This document shows, piece after piece, positions 9,074 through 17,769 of a DNA stretch of 64,000 nucleotides (its first letter is position 1; every line of letters begins with the position of its first letter). Where the stretch lies: NCBI GenBank assembly GCA_000146465.1, contig CP001943.1; one strand, given 5' to 3'. A program made the position numbers and the translations under genes. Under the pieces are notes generated by a model. That model saw only the letters and a list, made by a program, of their open reading frames with translations. It did no database searches and was not told the origin of the DNA.

Positions 9074-9589
9074 CTAGTACCAGTAGATGTCGAATGGAAA
9101 GTCCTCATGGGTCTCTTGAGACTCCATTGTCTTTGGTGAATTCTTGAGGCATCTCTCTTCCAGAAAGCTAAGCTTTTTCTTTATCTTGATGTCTGTTGGG
9201 AAATCAATTCCTTTGTAAAGAATAGACACAGATGGAAGCAGGGTGTGATGGGAATGGATTTGAAGATATCCCACTATGTGAAAGCTTCTGTCTCCACATG
9301 TTGCAGAGTATGTTCTCTTCATCATTGGGCTGCTGCTTAAAAGCTGCTTGTACACTAGGAAAACGCCCTGAACTCTTGATGGAGTCCAGGACATGTCATC
9401 GGTCCATCTCTTGATTCTGCTCTCCTCCTCGCAATATACAAATATGCTTCCGTGTCCTATCTTCTTTCTCTCTCTCGACGTGAGTCTTCTCTGGATCCTA
9501 GGAATGAGGCCTCTCCTTGCAAGATCGATTAGAACAAGGCAGTCTGATTCGTTTTCAATTCTACCATGAAAGGATTCGATGTCTGCCAT
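9074..9589 (-). CDS. WOPR-domain transcription regulator (Gti1/Pac2/Wor1 family)
   Basis: FHGRIENESDCLVLIDLARRGLIPRIQRRLTSRERKKI and GSIFVYCEEESRIKRWTDDMSWTPSRVQGVFLVYKQL match the two conserved WOPR boxes (Wor1 ...SGSVFVFIEQSSGIKRWTDGISWSPSRIQGRFLVY). Confidence 0.7.
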   Translation of the reverse strand: MADIESFHGRIENESDCLVLIDLARRGLIPRIQRRLTSRERKKIGHGSIFVYCEEESRIKRWTDDMSWTPSRVQGVFLVYKQLLSSSPMMKRTYSATCGDRSFHIVGYLQIHSHHTLLPSVSILYKGIDFPTDIKIKKKLSFLEERCLKNSPKTMESQETHEDFPFDIYWY

Positions 9590-9687
9590 GGAGACACAAG
9601 CCCATGCTTTGATGAAGACATGGAGATAATCTTACTTAAAGGAATGGAGATGACCAGATGCAGGGGATTGGAAGGAGCAAAGAAAAA

Positions 9688-9758
9688 TGGAGTTGCCAGG
9701 AATCGAACCCGGGCCAACTGCGTGCAAAGCAGGTATCATCCCACTAGACCACAACCCC
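9688..9758 (-). tRNA. tRNA-Ala (anticodon UGC)
   Basis: Reverse complement: GGGGTTGTGGTCTAGTGGGATGATACCTGCTTTGCACGCAGTTGGCCCGGGTTCGATTCCTGGCAACTCC plus discriminator A. Acceptor stem is 7 bp with the G3:U70 Ala identity pair. T-arm is CCGGG-TTCGATT-CCTGG. Anticodon loop is TTTGCAC, giving UGC. D-loop is AGTGGG. CCA is not encoded. The D-stem pairs poorly in my manual fold. Confidence 0.7.
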
Positions 9759-9837
9759 TCGCTTGGTCCCCCTTTCAAAAACACATCCCTCCATCCGCCC
9801 CCCTTCTAAAACCACGGATTCCCTCAACCCACATAGG

Positions 9838-10311
9838 ATGTCCAGGACACTCGCCCCCGACGAGCTGCACATCCACAAAACTATTGCATCGAAGGTGGAT
9901 TTGGAAGAGATGGAAAGTGTTGAAAGCGTGTCCGTCATTGCAATGAACATGAGGCATTCAATTGTGAGTCCGGCGGTGTACAAGATAAAAGGAACCGACT
10001 CTCTCCTTATATTTGGAAGCATAGGGAATTCAATCGATCTTCGTGAACTTCAGAAGATGTATGAAAACAGTGTTAAAAGTTCGGAGACAGAGGAGCATGC
10101 TGGCCTTTATAGCAGTATCGGTGACAATCTGCAGAAGGAGGATGAGCAAAAACCTGAGGAAGTACCCGTCGAGGTTGACAACGAGCGGTTGTCCGAAGAG
10201 GATATAAAACTAATAAGCCAACAAGTTAAGGCTTCGAGGAGCGAAATAATTAGGGCACTAGCCGAGTCTGATTATGATGTTGTCAATGCAATGATAAAGC
10301 TAACTAAATAA
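9838..10311 (+). CDS. EGD2: nascent polypeptide-associated complex alpha subunit (NAC-alpha/Egd2)
   Basis: NAC domain (SPAVYKIKGTDSLLIFGSIGN) plus a C-terminal UBA (EEDIKLISQQVKASRSEIIRALAESDYDVVNAMIKLTK, compare [34 protein letters not shown]). The ORF-track start at 9763 is a TTG; the first ATG is at 9838 and is preceded by CCC. Confidence 0.65.
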   Translation: MSRTLAPDELHIHKTIASKVDLEEMESVESVSVIAMNMRHSIVSPAVYKIKGTDSLLIFGSIGNSIDLRELQKMYENSVKSSETEEHAGLYSSIGDNLQKEDEQKPEEVPVEVDNERLSEEDIKLISQQVKASRSEIIRALAESDYDVVNAMIKLTK

Positions 10312-10318
10312 AAGGACT

Positions 10319-11287
10319 TTATTCGATGGGTGTTCCCTCTATCTCTGGAACATATACACAATAGAAGTTTTCTTTCAGGGTATCATAGTAACCCCTTCTA
10401 ATCGGATCCAGACTTGCAATCCTTTCAATTATGGCAATTCTTTCTGCCTCCTCCTCGGTGTAATCCAGAAGCACCAGTAGCGCCTCGTAGCATTCAGGCT
10501 CTTCCTCAAGAATCTCACGCACAAATCTGAAGCTTTCCTCTTCAGGGATGAACCTCATCTCCTCTCCATTTATTACCACCTTCCATCTCTCCGAGGTCCT
10601 TATAGACTCGTCTATCACAACAATCCGGGTGTGAAGTTCAAAGGCCATCGTCTTCCTGGTTCCACCGCTTTCAAAAGAAAGCTCACCACAAAAAGGCTTA
10701 TCAAGTAGAATCTCCAGCCTATTCCTGAATCTCCTGATGTACATTCCATGTCTTATCCTTTTCCTCTCCCTCCATAGGTAGAAGTATTCCCAGGAGGTTG
10801 GATCCATAGGATCTGTGTAAATGATGGTAAGGGGATCCTCCGAGTCTGGGTGGTGATGGAGATAGGAGTAGTTAAACACATCTCTCCCAGTCTTGGTTTT
10901 GAGGAAGAACATCCTGTAGCTCCAACAATGGAAGTTCCTTGGATCCGAGTCAAGTAGAAGCTTTGTTAAGAAGTCTTCTCTGCCAAGATATTTTTCTCTT
11001 TGTTCTTTGAAGTTTTCCATCATAAACTTCCTATGGTACCAAGGCTGGTAGGACTTGGGATTTCCTTGGAGAGCGTTCTCACAGACCTTGAGCTGGCTTC
11101 GGAAGTCGGAGGGATTCAATAGAAGATAGTCCTTAAGCTTGTTCCAGGAGTAATAGTCATCTGCTACAACCTGGACAATTGCTTTGTGTTTTTCTATCGA
11201 CTCCTCCTGCAGCCTCAGGTTCAATAAACCCTCCAATGCCTCCTTATCCTCAATGTATTCCCCTTCCTCGATGTTGTGGATAATCAT
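10319..11287 (-). CDS. protein prenyltransferase alpha subunit (Ram2/Bet4-type PPTA repeats)
   Basis: Repeated PPTA motifs NPKSYQPWYHRKFMM and DPRNFHCWSYRMFF. 322 aa, similar to the yeast alpha subunits. Confidence 0.7.
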   Translation of the reverse strand: MIIHNIEEGEYIEDKEALEGLLNLRLQEESIEKHKAIVQVVADDYYSWNKLKDYLLLNPSDFRSQLKVCENALQGNPKSYQPWYHRKFMMENFKEQREKYLGREDFLTKLLLDSDPRNFHCWSYRMFFLKTKTGRDVFNYSYLHHHPDSEDPLTIIYTDPMDPTSWEYFYLWRERKRIRHGMYIRRFRNRLEILLDKPFCGELSFESGGTRKTMAFELHTRIVVIDESIRTSERWKVVINGEEMRFIPEEESFRFVREILEEEPECYEALLVLLDYTEEEAERIAIIERIASLDPIRRGYYDTLKENFYCVYVPEIEGTPIE

Positions 11288-11361
11288 TTAGGGCCCTGTT
11301 CCCAGTGGGAAATCCATTTGTCTGAAATGGTGTTGGGATTGAAGAAAGTACCCTTTCCAAG

Positions 11362-12840
11362 ATGGATAGAATCGAAAGATTTCTGGGGAGAAGGCCAGTG
11401 AAAGGCCGACGCAAAGTCCAGTCCCAAGGCAAGGAGTTCTTGATAACAAAAGAGGATGTGAAGCTCATAAGGAGCTACAAGAAGAACATCTGCATGGATC
11501 CAGATGTCGATCTGTACAGGCCGTTGAACTTAAGTTTCAGCAGAAAGACGATGAACGAAGGAATGGAAACAAGGAAGAAAGTGGTGGTACCGAGAGCCGG
11601 AGGAAGGCCAAAGAAGAAAGAAAGAAGCATCCGAAAAGAAGTTAAGAAAAGGGATAAGAACGAGATTGTGGACATTTGGGAGGAAGAGGGTCTTGAGGAG
11701 CTGAATAGTTATGAACAGGACATGGTTGTAAAAGTGGGGGATGCATACACAGGGGCTGTGGAGGCACTAAGATATGGAAGAGAAGATCTTGAAGGCAGCC
11801 TAAGAAGGATATACTTGAGGCTCTACGAGCCACGAGATGGAAAGAATTACAGGCTAAGAGATCTTATCAAGGAACTGCCTAAGACAGAGACCCTAAGGCC
11901 GTTTCCAGAGGAGATTGGATTGTCGTTTAAGTTTTCGAAGGCAATCCGTGTTGGAATCAGCCAAGATTTCAAGAAATTTGGAGTGGGAGAAGGAAGGAAG
12001 CTTGGGATTTACGAGTTTAAAAACTTTGTAAAGCTGAGACATATCCTCTTTGATTCGGAGATACGGAAGATAATGTTTGCAAGGAATGGGTCTATATGTA
12101 CGTTGCTAGCAGACAACACCATCTGTGTTGTGGACGATATTTATGGAGGAGATGCGGAGAGTTCCAAGGAATCTTTTATTTCCAAGGAATTTCCTGCGTG
12201 GAGCAGAAAGGAGGCAGAAGAGGGAGCAGAAAGGAATGCATTTGTGTGCACGGTGATAAATCCCGAGGGAAAGATAAATGATATAGAAGCCCATGAAGAT
12301 GGTAAGCATATTATTGCAGTTTGTGGAAAGAAGATTATGGTCTACAATCTCAAGGAACGGATAGGGCGGGAAGTTCTAAGGGTCCGGGGAGCCACGCCTT
12401 TGAAGGCCAAGTTCCATAGATCTTTGAGCACAATGATTGTTTCCACAACAAATTCGTTAATCATCTACGATCTTGTGTCCAAGGAAATAGTAAGGGAAGC
12501 CAAGGAGTTTTCGTTTGTCCTTGACTTCTTTAGTGTTGAGGAAAGTAAGGTGGCTGTGGTAAACAACACGAACAAAATAATTCTGTACGATTGGTTGAAA
12601 AACAATGTGCAAAGAACCATGCTTCAAGAGGATGTGGGGATGGAGGTGGTGCAGCATGGAAGACTCAATCTGATGTGTGTTGCATATCCCACGGAGATGG
12701 TTGTTTTCTACAACGACGTAACAAACGACCTGGTGGTTCCTGTAAAAAGGATTCCGGGAAGGTATAGAGATATTTCATTCCATCCGCATCTTCCCTGGCT
12801 GTATGGAGTCGGAGGAAATAGACTGGATGTGTTTACGTGA
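11362..12840 (+). CDS. ERB1: ribosome biogenesis protein Erb1/BOP1 (BOP1NT plus a reduced WD region)
   Basis: FLITKEDVKLIRSYKKNICMDPDVDLYRP matches BOP1NT ([27 protein letters not shown]). The C-terminus MVVFYNDVTNDLVVPVKRIPGRYRDISFHPHLPWLYGVGGNRLDVFT matches the BOP1 C-terminus (...LLVPVKVLKGH...[24 protein letters not shown]). It is shortened to 492 aa. Confidence 0.8.
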   Translation: MDRIERFLGRRPVKGRRKVQSQGKEFLITKEDVKLIRSYKKNICMDPDVDLYRPLNLSFSRKTMNEGMETRKKVVVPRAGGRPKKKERSIRKEVKKRDKNEIVDIWEEEGLEELNSYEQDMVVKVGDAYTGAVEALRYGREDLEGSLRRIYLRLYEPRDGKNYRLRDLIKELPKTETLRPFPEEIGLSFKFSKAIRVGISQDFKKFGVGEGRKLGIYEFKNFVKLRHILFDSEIRKIMFARNGSICTLLADNTICVVDDIYGGDAESSKESFISKEFPAWSRKEAEEGAERNAFVCTVINPEGKINDIEAHEDGKHIIAVCGKKIMVYNLKERIGREVLRVRGATPLKAKFHRSLSTMIVSTTNSLIIYDLVSKEIVREAKEFSFVLDFFSVEESKVAVVNNTNKIILYDWLKNNVQRTMLQEDVGMEVVQHGRLNLMCVAYPTEMVVFYNDVTNDLVVPVKRIPGRYRDISFHPHLPWLYGVGGNRLDVFT

Positions 12841-12906
12841 GATCTTAGGTGGATGGGGTGTGGAAAGCCTAATTCAGCCAGATTGAATTATAAGTAAATT
12901 TTTTAA

Positions 12907-13380
<474 letters not shown>

Positions 13381-13481
13381 ATGAGTCTTTAATTTTATTA
13401 TGTTGCTTTGAATTTCCTTGGGAGTATAGGGATGGAAGATCTCTTGCCTGACGGAAATCTTTTGAAACGGCATACCCTACA

Positions 13482-15518
13482 ATGGCCCGAATTAAGATAA
13501 GCGGAGTTCCTATCGAGATGCCGTTTGAGCCGTATCCTGCACAGATAGTGACGATGACAAAGCTTATATCCTGTCTGACGACAGGAACAAGCGGACTGGT
13601 GGAGAGTCCGACAGGGACTGGAAAGAGCCTATCTATAATATGTGCAGTGCTGGGATATAGTGAATACTTGAAGAGAGGAGCCAAGAGCATCAATGTCAAG
13701 AGAAGAGAGGGGGGGAGTTTGAAAGGAGAAGAGGCAAAGGAGGAGAAGCTGAAGATAATTATATGCTCGCGCACACACAAACAACTTGACCAATTGATTG
13801 AACAGCTTAGGAAAACACATTACAGGCCAAGGATCTCGATCTTGGCAAGCAGGAGCCAGTATTGCATATCACCTAAGCTAGGGGATGTTACAGACAAGAA
13901 CACAGGGTGCAACGAGTTGGTGAAGAGCGGGAGTTGTGCTTACTTCACGGGAAAGGACAGGCTTGCAAAAAGGGTTGGAGACAGGATATTTGACATAGAG
14001 GAGTTGAAAGGGGAGGGCCGGAGATGTGGTGGATGTCCCTACTATGCATCGAGGATCTTGAATGAGGATGCAGAAGTCATATTTGCTCCATATAACTATC
14101 TGATTGATTCCAGAATAAGAGAAAACACAGGAATTAGCCTTGAAAACAGTGTGGTCATTGTTGATGAGGCACACAACATAGAGGATGTATGCCGATCGTC
14201 GGGCTCGATTGAACTTAGCTCGCGGACTATCGAGATAATCCAAAACGAGATTCTAGGGGCAATAAGGAGGAGCGGGATGCTAGGAGAGATCAAACTGGAC
14301 TTTGTCAACCTCATGGACTTCTTTAGGAAGCTTCGAGAGGGGGCAGAGAGCACAGACGGGTTTGACAGAACTACGTTTGGAGGGAAGCTCCGGATAAGGA
14401 AGGGGAAAGAGATAAAGGATGAGCTTGAGAAGATGGGAATAACTAAGGAGTTTGTTTTAAAGATCAAGAATTCAATATACGCAATCCAGAAGAATGAAGA
14501 TGCAAAGGACCTGCTGAACATGAGTACATTCCATGTACTGGAAGGTCTTGACTCTGTCTTGTCTGCAATTCATTTCAGCGGATGCGATGCGTATTCGTTT
14601 GTGTTCCAGAAGACGAACGACGAAAACATAAGAAACTCGAGGTTATCCAAGTTTTCCTACAACTTCTGGCTACTGGATGCGGGTTATACATTCCGATCGT
14701 TTGTTGGGAAGGTGCGGTCGATTGTACTTCTGTCTGGAACCTTGACACCTTTTTCTTCGTTTTCATCGGAGTTGGGGCATGACTTTACTCATTCGATTGT
14801 TGCACCTCATCTAGTTACGGAAAAACAAGTATTTGCTTCGTGTGTTCGGAAAGGACATCTGCTGAAGGACCTGACTGGAACCTATGGGGTTTCGGACACA
14901 CCCCAATATCTGGACCAACTTTCTAGAATCATAGTGGATGTGTCGAACAAGGTCAAGAGCCATGGGGGAACATTGGTGTTTGTACCGAGCTATAGCTTCT
15001 TGGAGAATCTGCAGAAGAGAATGGGAGGAGAGAGTTCGGGGTTGTTGATTGAACCAAAAAGCGGGGGAGGAAATGAGTTTGAAAAGGTGATGAAAAGATA
15101 TAAGAACAGAATAGCAACAAAGCAGAGGGCAATATTCATGTGTGTCTACCGTGGGAAGGCGAGTGAAGGAATCGACTTCAAGGATTCCTTTGCAAGGGCT
15201 GTTATTGCTGTTGGAATTCCCTATCCAAGCCTACATGATCCGCAGGTAGAACTTAAGAAGGAGTTTAACGACAGATACAAAAGCTTCAATGGACGGCTCT
15301 GGTACGAGGCACAGGCGTTTCGAGCAGTGAATCAAGCACTTGGACGAGCAATCCGTCACAAAGACGATTGGGGGATTGTGATGCTCCTTGACAGCAGATA
15401 TTCGGAGAAGAGAGTACAGACTCACCTGTCCAAGTGGGTTACAGACAACATCAGGGTTCATGACTCGTATGACACCTGTGCCTCTGAGCTCTCTGGATTT
15501 CTGTCTTTGATTAAATAG
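13482..15518 (+). CDS. Rad3/XPD-family Fe-S DNA helicase (DEAD_2/DEAH; XPD, Chl1 or RTEL1-like, subfamily unresolved)
   Basis: Motif I SPTGTGKSLS, IICSRTHKQL, four Cys ending in CPYY (an Fe-S domain), motif II VVIVDEAHNIED and a C-terminal Helicase_C_2 block (GRAIRHKDDWGIVMLLDSRY). Confidence 0.8.
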   Translation: MARIKISGVPIEMPFEPYPAQIVTMTKLISCLTTGTSGLVESPTGTGKSLSIICAVLGYSEYLKRGAKSINVKRREGGSLKGEEAKEEKLKIIICSRTHKQLDQLIEQLRKTHYRPRISILASRSQYCISPKLGDVTDKNTGCNELVKSGSCAYFTGKDRLAKRVGDRIFDIEELKGEGRRCGGCPYYASRILNEDAEVIFAPYNYLIDSRIRENTGISLENSVVIVDEAHNIEDVCRSSGSIELSSRTIEIIQNEILGAIRRSGMLGEIKLDFVNLMDFFRKLREGAESTDGFDRTTFGGKLRIRKGKEIKDELEKMGITKEFVLKIKNSIYAIQKNEDAKDLLNMSTFHVLEGLDSVLSAIHFSGCDAYSFVFQKTNDENIRNSRLSKFSYNFWLLDAGYTFRSFVGKVRSIVLLSGTLTPFSSFSSELGHDFTHSIVAPHLVTEKQVFASCVRKGHLLKDLTGTYGVSDTPQYLDQLSRIIVDVSNKVKSHGGTLVFVPSYSFLENLQKRMGGESSGLLIEPKSGGGNEFEKVMKRYKNRIATKQRAIFMCVYRGKASEGIDFKDSFARAVIAVGIPYPSLHDPQVELKKEFNDRYKSFNGRLWYEAQAFRAVNQALGRAIRHKDDWGIVMLLDSRYSEKRVQTHLSKWVTDNIRVHDSYDTCASELSGFLSLIK

Positions 15519-15626
15519 AAGGGACTTAAAATAAAATTGTGAAAGCAATGCTTCAACGTTTTTCTAGATTTTTCCGGCTGTTTCGAGGAAAACGAAAATA
15601 TTTAACGGGAAATTCCCTAGCAATTA

Positions 15627-17696
15627 ATGTCGTCCAAACAAGAATCATTGGCAGAAGGCACTATAAAAGACAAGCATCCTGAGACACATGGATTTGAGGT
15701 TGATGTGAATCAGATGATGGACACTATGATCAAGAGTGTGTACTCATCCAAGGAGCTCTTTCTTAGGGAGCTAGTATCGAACTCCAGCGATGCATGCGAC
15801 AAGCTTAAGTCGCTGTACTATGAACTGAATTCCAAGGGATGTGATCTGGACCCGGTTACATCTCTAAGTATTGAGATAATCCCGAACAAGACGAACAGAA
15901 CTTTGACCATCAAGGATAATGGGATTGGGATGACGAAGCCGGACCTGATGAACTTCATCGGAACTATTGCAAGCAGTGGAACCAAGAAGTTCCGAGAGGA
16001 GATGAAGGAGAAGGGGAATGCAGCAGATGCCTCCAACCTGATTGGGCAGTTTGGTCTTGGATTCTACTCGTCATACCTTGTAGCGGACAGGGTTGATGTG
16101 ATAACAAAGCATCCTGAGGATGAGGCTCTTGTGTGGACATCTACTGGAAGAGATGTGTACACTATAGAAGAGTACACTGGAGATTCTTTCTCTCACGGAA
16201 CATCATTGGTGCTTTATATCAAGGAGGGAGAGGAGGAATTCTTGGATCCAAAGAAGATTAGTGAGATAGTGAAGAAGTACTCTCTGTTTGTGTTCTATCC
16301 AATATACACATATGTTGAGAAGGAGATTGAAGAGCCTTCTGAGGAAAAGGAAGAAGAGAAGGAAGAAAAAGCAACCGAGGAAACAACTGAGCCAAAGGTT
16401 GAAGAGGCGAAGGAGAAGAGACTGAAGAAGGTTACACAGAGGGAGCAGATCAATGCGGAAAAGCCCTTGTGGAAGAGAAATATAAAGGAAGTTCCCGAGG
16501 AGGAGCTGAAGAGCTTCTACAAGACGATTTCCGAGGACTGGGATGACTTCCTTGCAGTTGACTTCTGGCGTGTTGAGGGGCTTCTATCGATTGATCTTCT
16601 TATGTTTATTCCGAAGAGAGCCAGGTTTGATATGTTCAACAGGAACAAGAAGAACAACAACATTAAGCTGTACTGTAAGAATGTGTTTGTGACTGATGAT
16701 TTCGGAGATTCTATTCCCGAGTGGATGTCGTTTGTCAGTGGTGTGATTGCTTCTGATGACATTCCTATGAACATCAGCCGAGAGATGATCCAGGGAACAA
16801 ATGTAATGAAGCTTGTCAAGAAGATTCTTCCACAGAAGATTTTCGAGATGATTGGAAAGCTTGCCATGGATGCTGAGAAGTACAAGACTTTCTACAAGGA
16901 GTTTGGAAACTGCATCAAGATGGCGATTGGAGAGGCAAGCGAAGGACAGCAGGATGGCTATGCAAAATGTCTTCGATATTTCACTACAAAGAGTGGAGAG
17001 GAGATGGTGTCTTTGGATACATATGTGGAGAGGATGGCAGCCAACCAGAAGCAGATCTATGTGATAACAGGGCTTGGAAAGGATCAGGTCAAATCAAATC
17101 CAGCTCTAGATGCATTCCAGAAGTACGAGGTAATCTACATGTACGATGTGATGGATGAGGTCATGCTCCGAGGACTCAAGAAATACAAGGGACATGCTAT
17201 TCAGAGGATAACAAGTGAAGGAGTAGAGCTTCCCGAAGATGAAGAAAACAATGAGGAAATTGTCAAGTCGTTCGAGGAGTTCTGCAAGAAGGCAAAGGAT
17301 CTTCTCTCAAACAAGGTGGAGAAAGTTACGGTGAATCCAAGGCTTGTGAGTGCACCGGCAGTTATCTCGACAACTAAGTACTCTCTATCTGGAACGATGG
17401 AAAACATAATGAGGTCCCAGCCTGTCACAGAGGCAAATCCGTTTGCAGCAATGACTGCAGTCAGCAAGAAGATCTTCGAGATGAATCCCCACCATAAACT
17501 TGTCAAGAATCTTAAGACACTTTTCGATAACAACGAAATTGAAAAGATGGGTAAGATGCTGGAGCTGTTCTTTGAGACGGTTCTTATCCACAATGGATTC
17601 ATGCTGTCAGATCCTAAGACATTCTGTGCCAATGTCTTTGAGTTCCTTTGCTCCTCGGAAGTAAAGAGTGAGGAGCTTGTGGAAGAGGTCCAGTGA
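15627..17696 (+). CDS. HSP90: cytosolic HSP90
   Basis: N-terminal ATPase signature FLRELVSNSSDACDKL, an acidic EEKEEEKEEK charged linker, and conserved middle and C domains. The C-terminus is ...LVEEVQ rather than MEEVD. Confidence 0.9.
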   Translation: MSSKQESLAEGTIKDKHPETHGFEVDVNQMMDTMIKSVYSSKELFLRELVSNSSDACDKLKSLYYELNSKGCDLDPVTSLSIEIIPNKTNRTLTIKDNGIGMTKPDLMNFIGTIASSGTKKFREEMKEKGNAADASNLIGQFGLGFYSSYLVADRVDVITKHPEDEALVWTSTGRDVYTIEEYTGDSFSHGTSLVLYIKEGEEEFLDPKKISEIVKKYSLFVFYPIYTYVEKEIEEPSEEKEEEKEEKATEETTEPKVEEAKEKRLKKVTQREQINAEKPLWKRNIKEVPEEELKSFYKTISEDWDDFLAVDFWRVEGLLSIDLLMFIPKRARFDMFNRNKKNNNIKLYCKNVFVTDDFGDSIPEWMSFVSGVIASDDIPMNISREMIQGTNVMKLVKKILPQKIFEMIGKLAMDAEKYKTFYKEFGNCIKMAIGEASEGQQDGYAKCLRYFTTKSGEEMVSLDTYVERMAANQKQIYVITGLGKDQVKSNPALDAFQKYEVIYMYDVMDEVMLRGLKKYKGHAIQRITSEGVELPEDEENNEEIVKSFEEFCKKAKDLLSNKVEKVTVNPRLVSAPAVISTTKYSLSGTMENIMRSQPVTEANPFAAMTAVSKKIFEMNPHHKLVKNLKTLFDNNEIEKMGKMLELFFETVLIHNGFMLSDPKTFCANVFEFLCSSEVKSEELVEEVQ

Positions 17697-17769
17697 ATCT
17701 TATTAAATAATTCTCTCAACACTTGTAACATTTGTGTTTCTGTTAATTGGCCCAAAAAAATTGCTGGGG

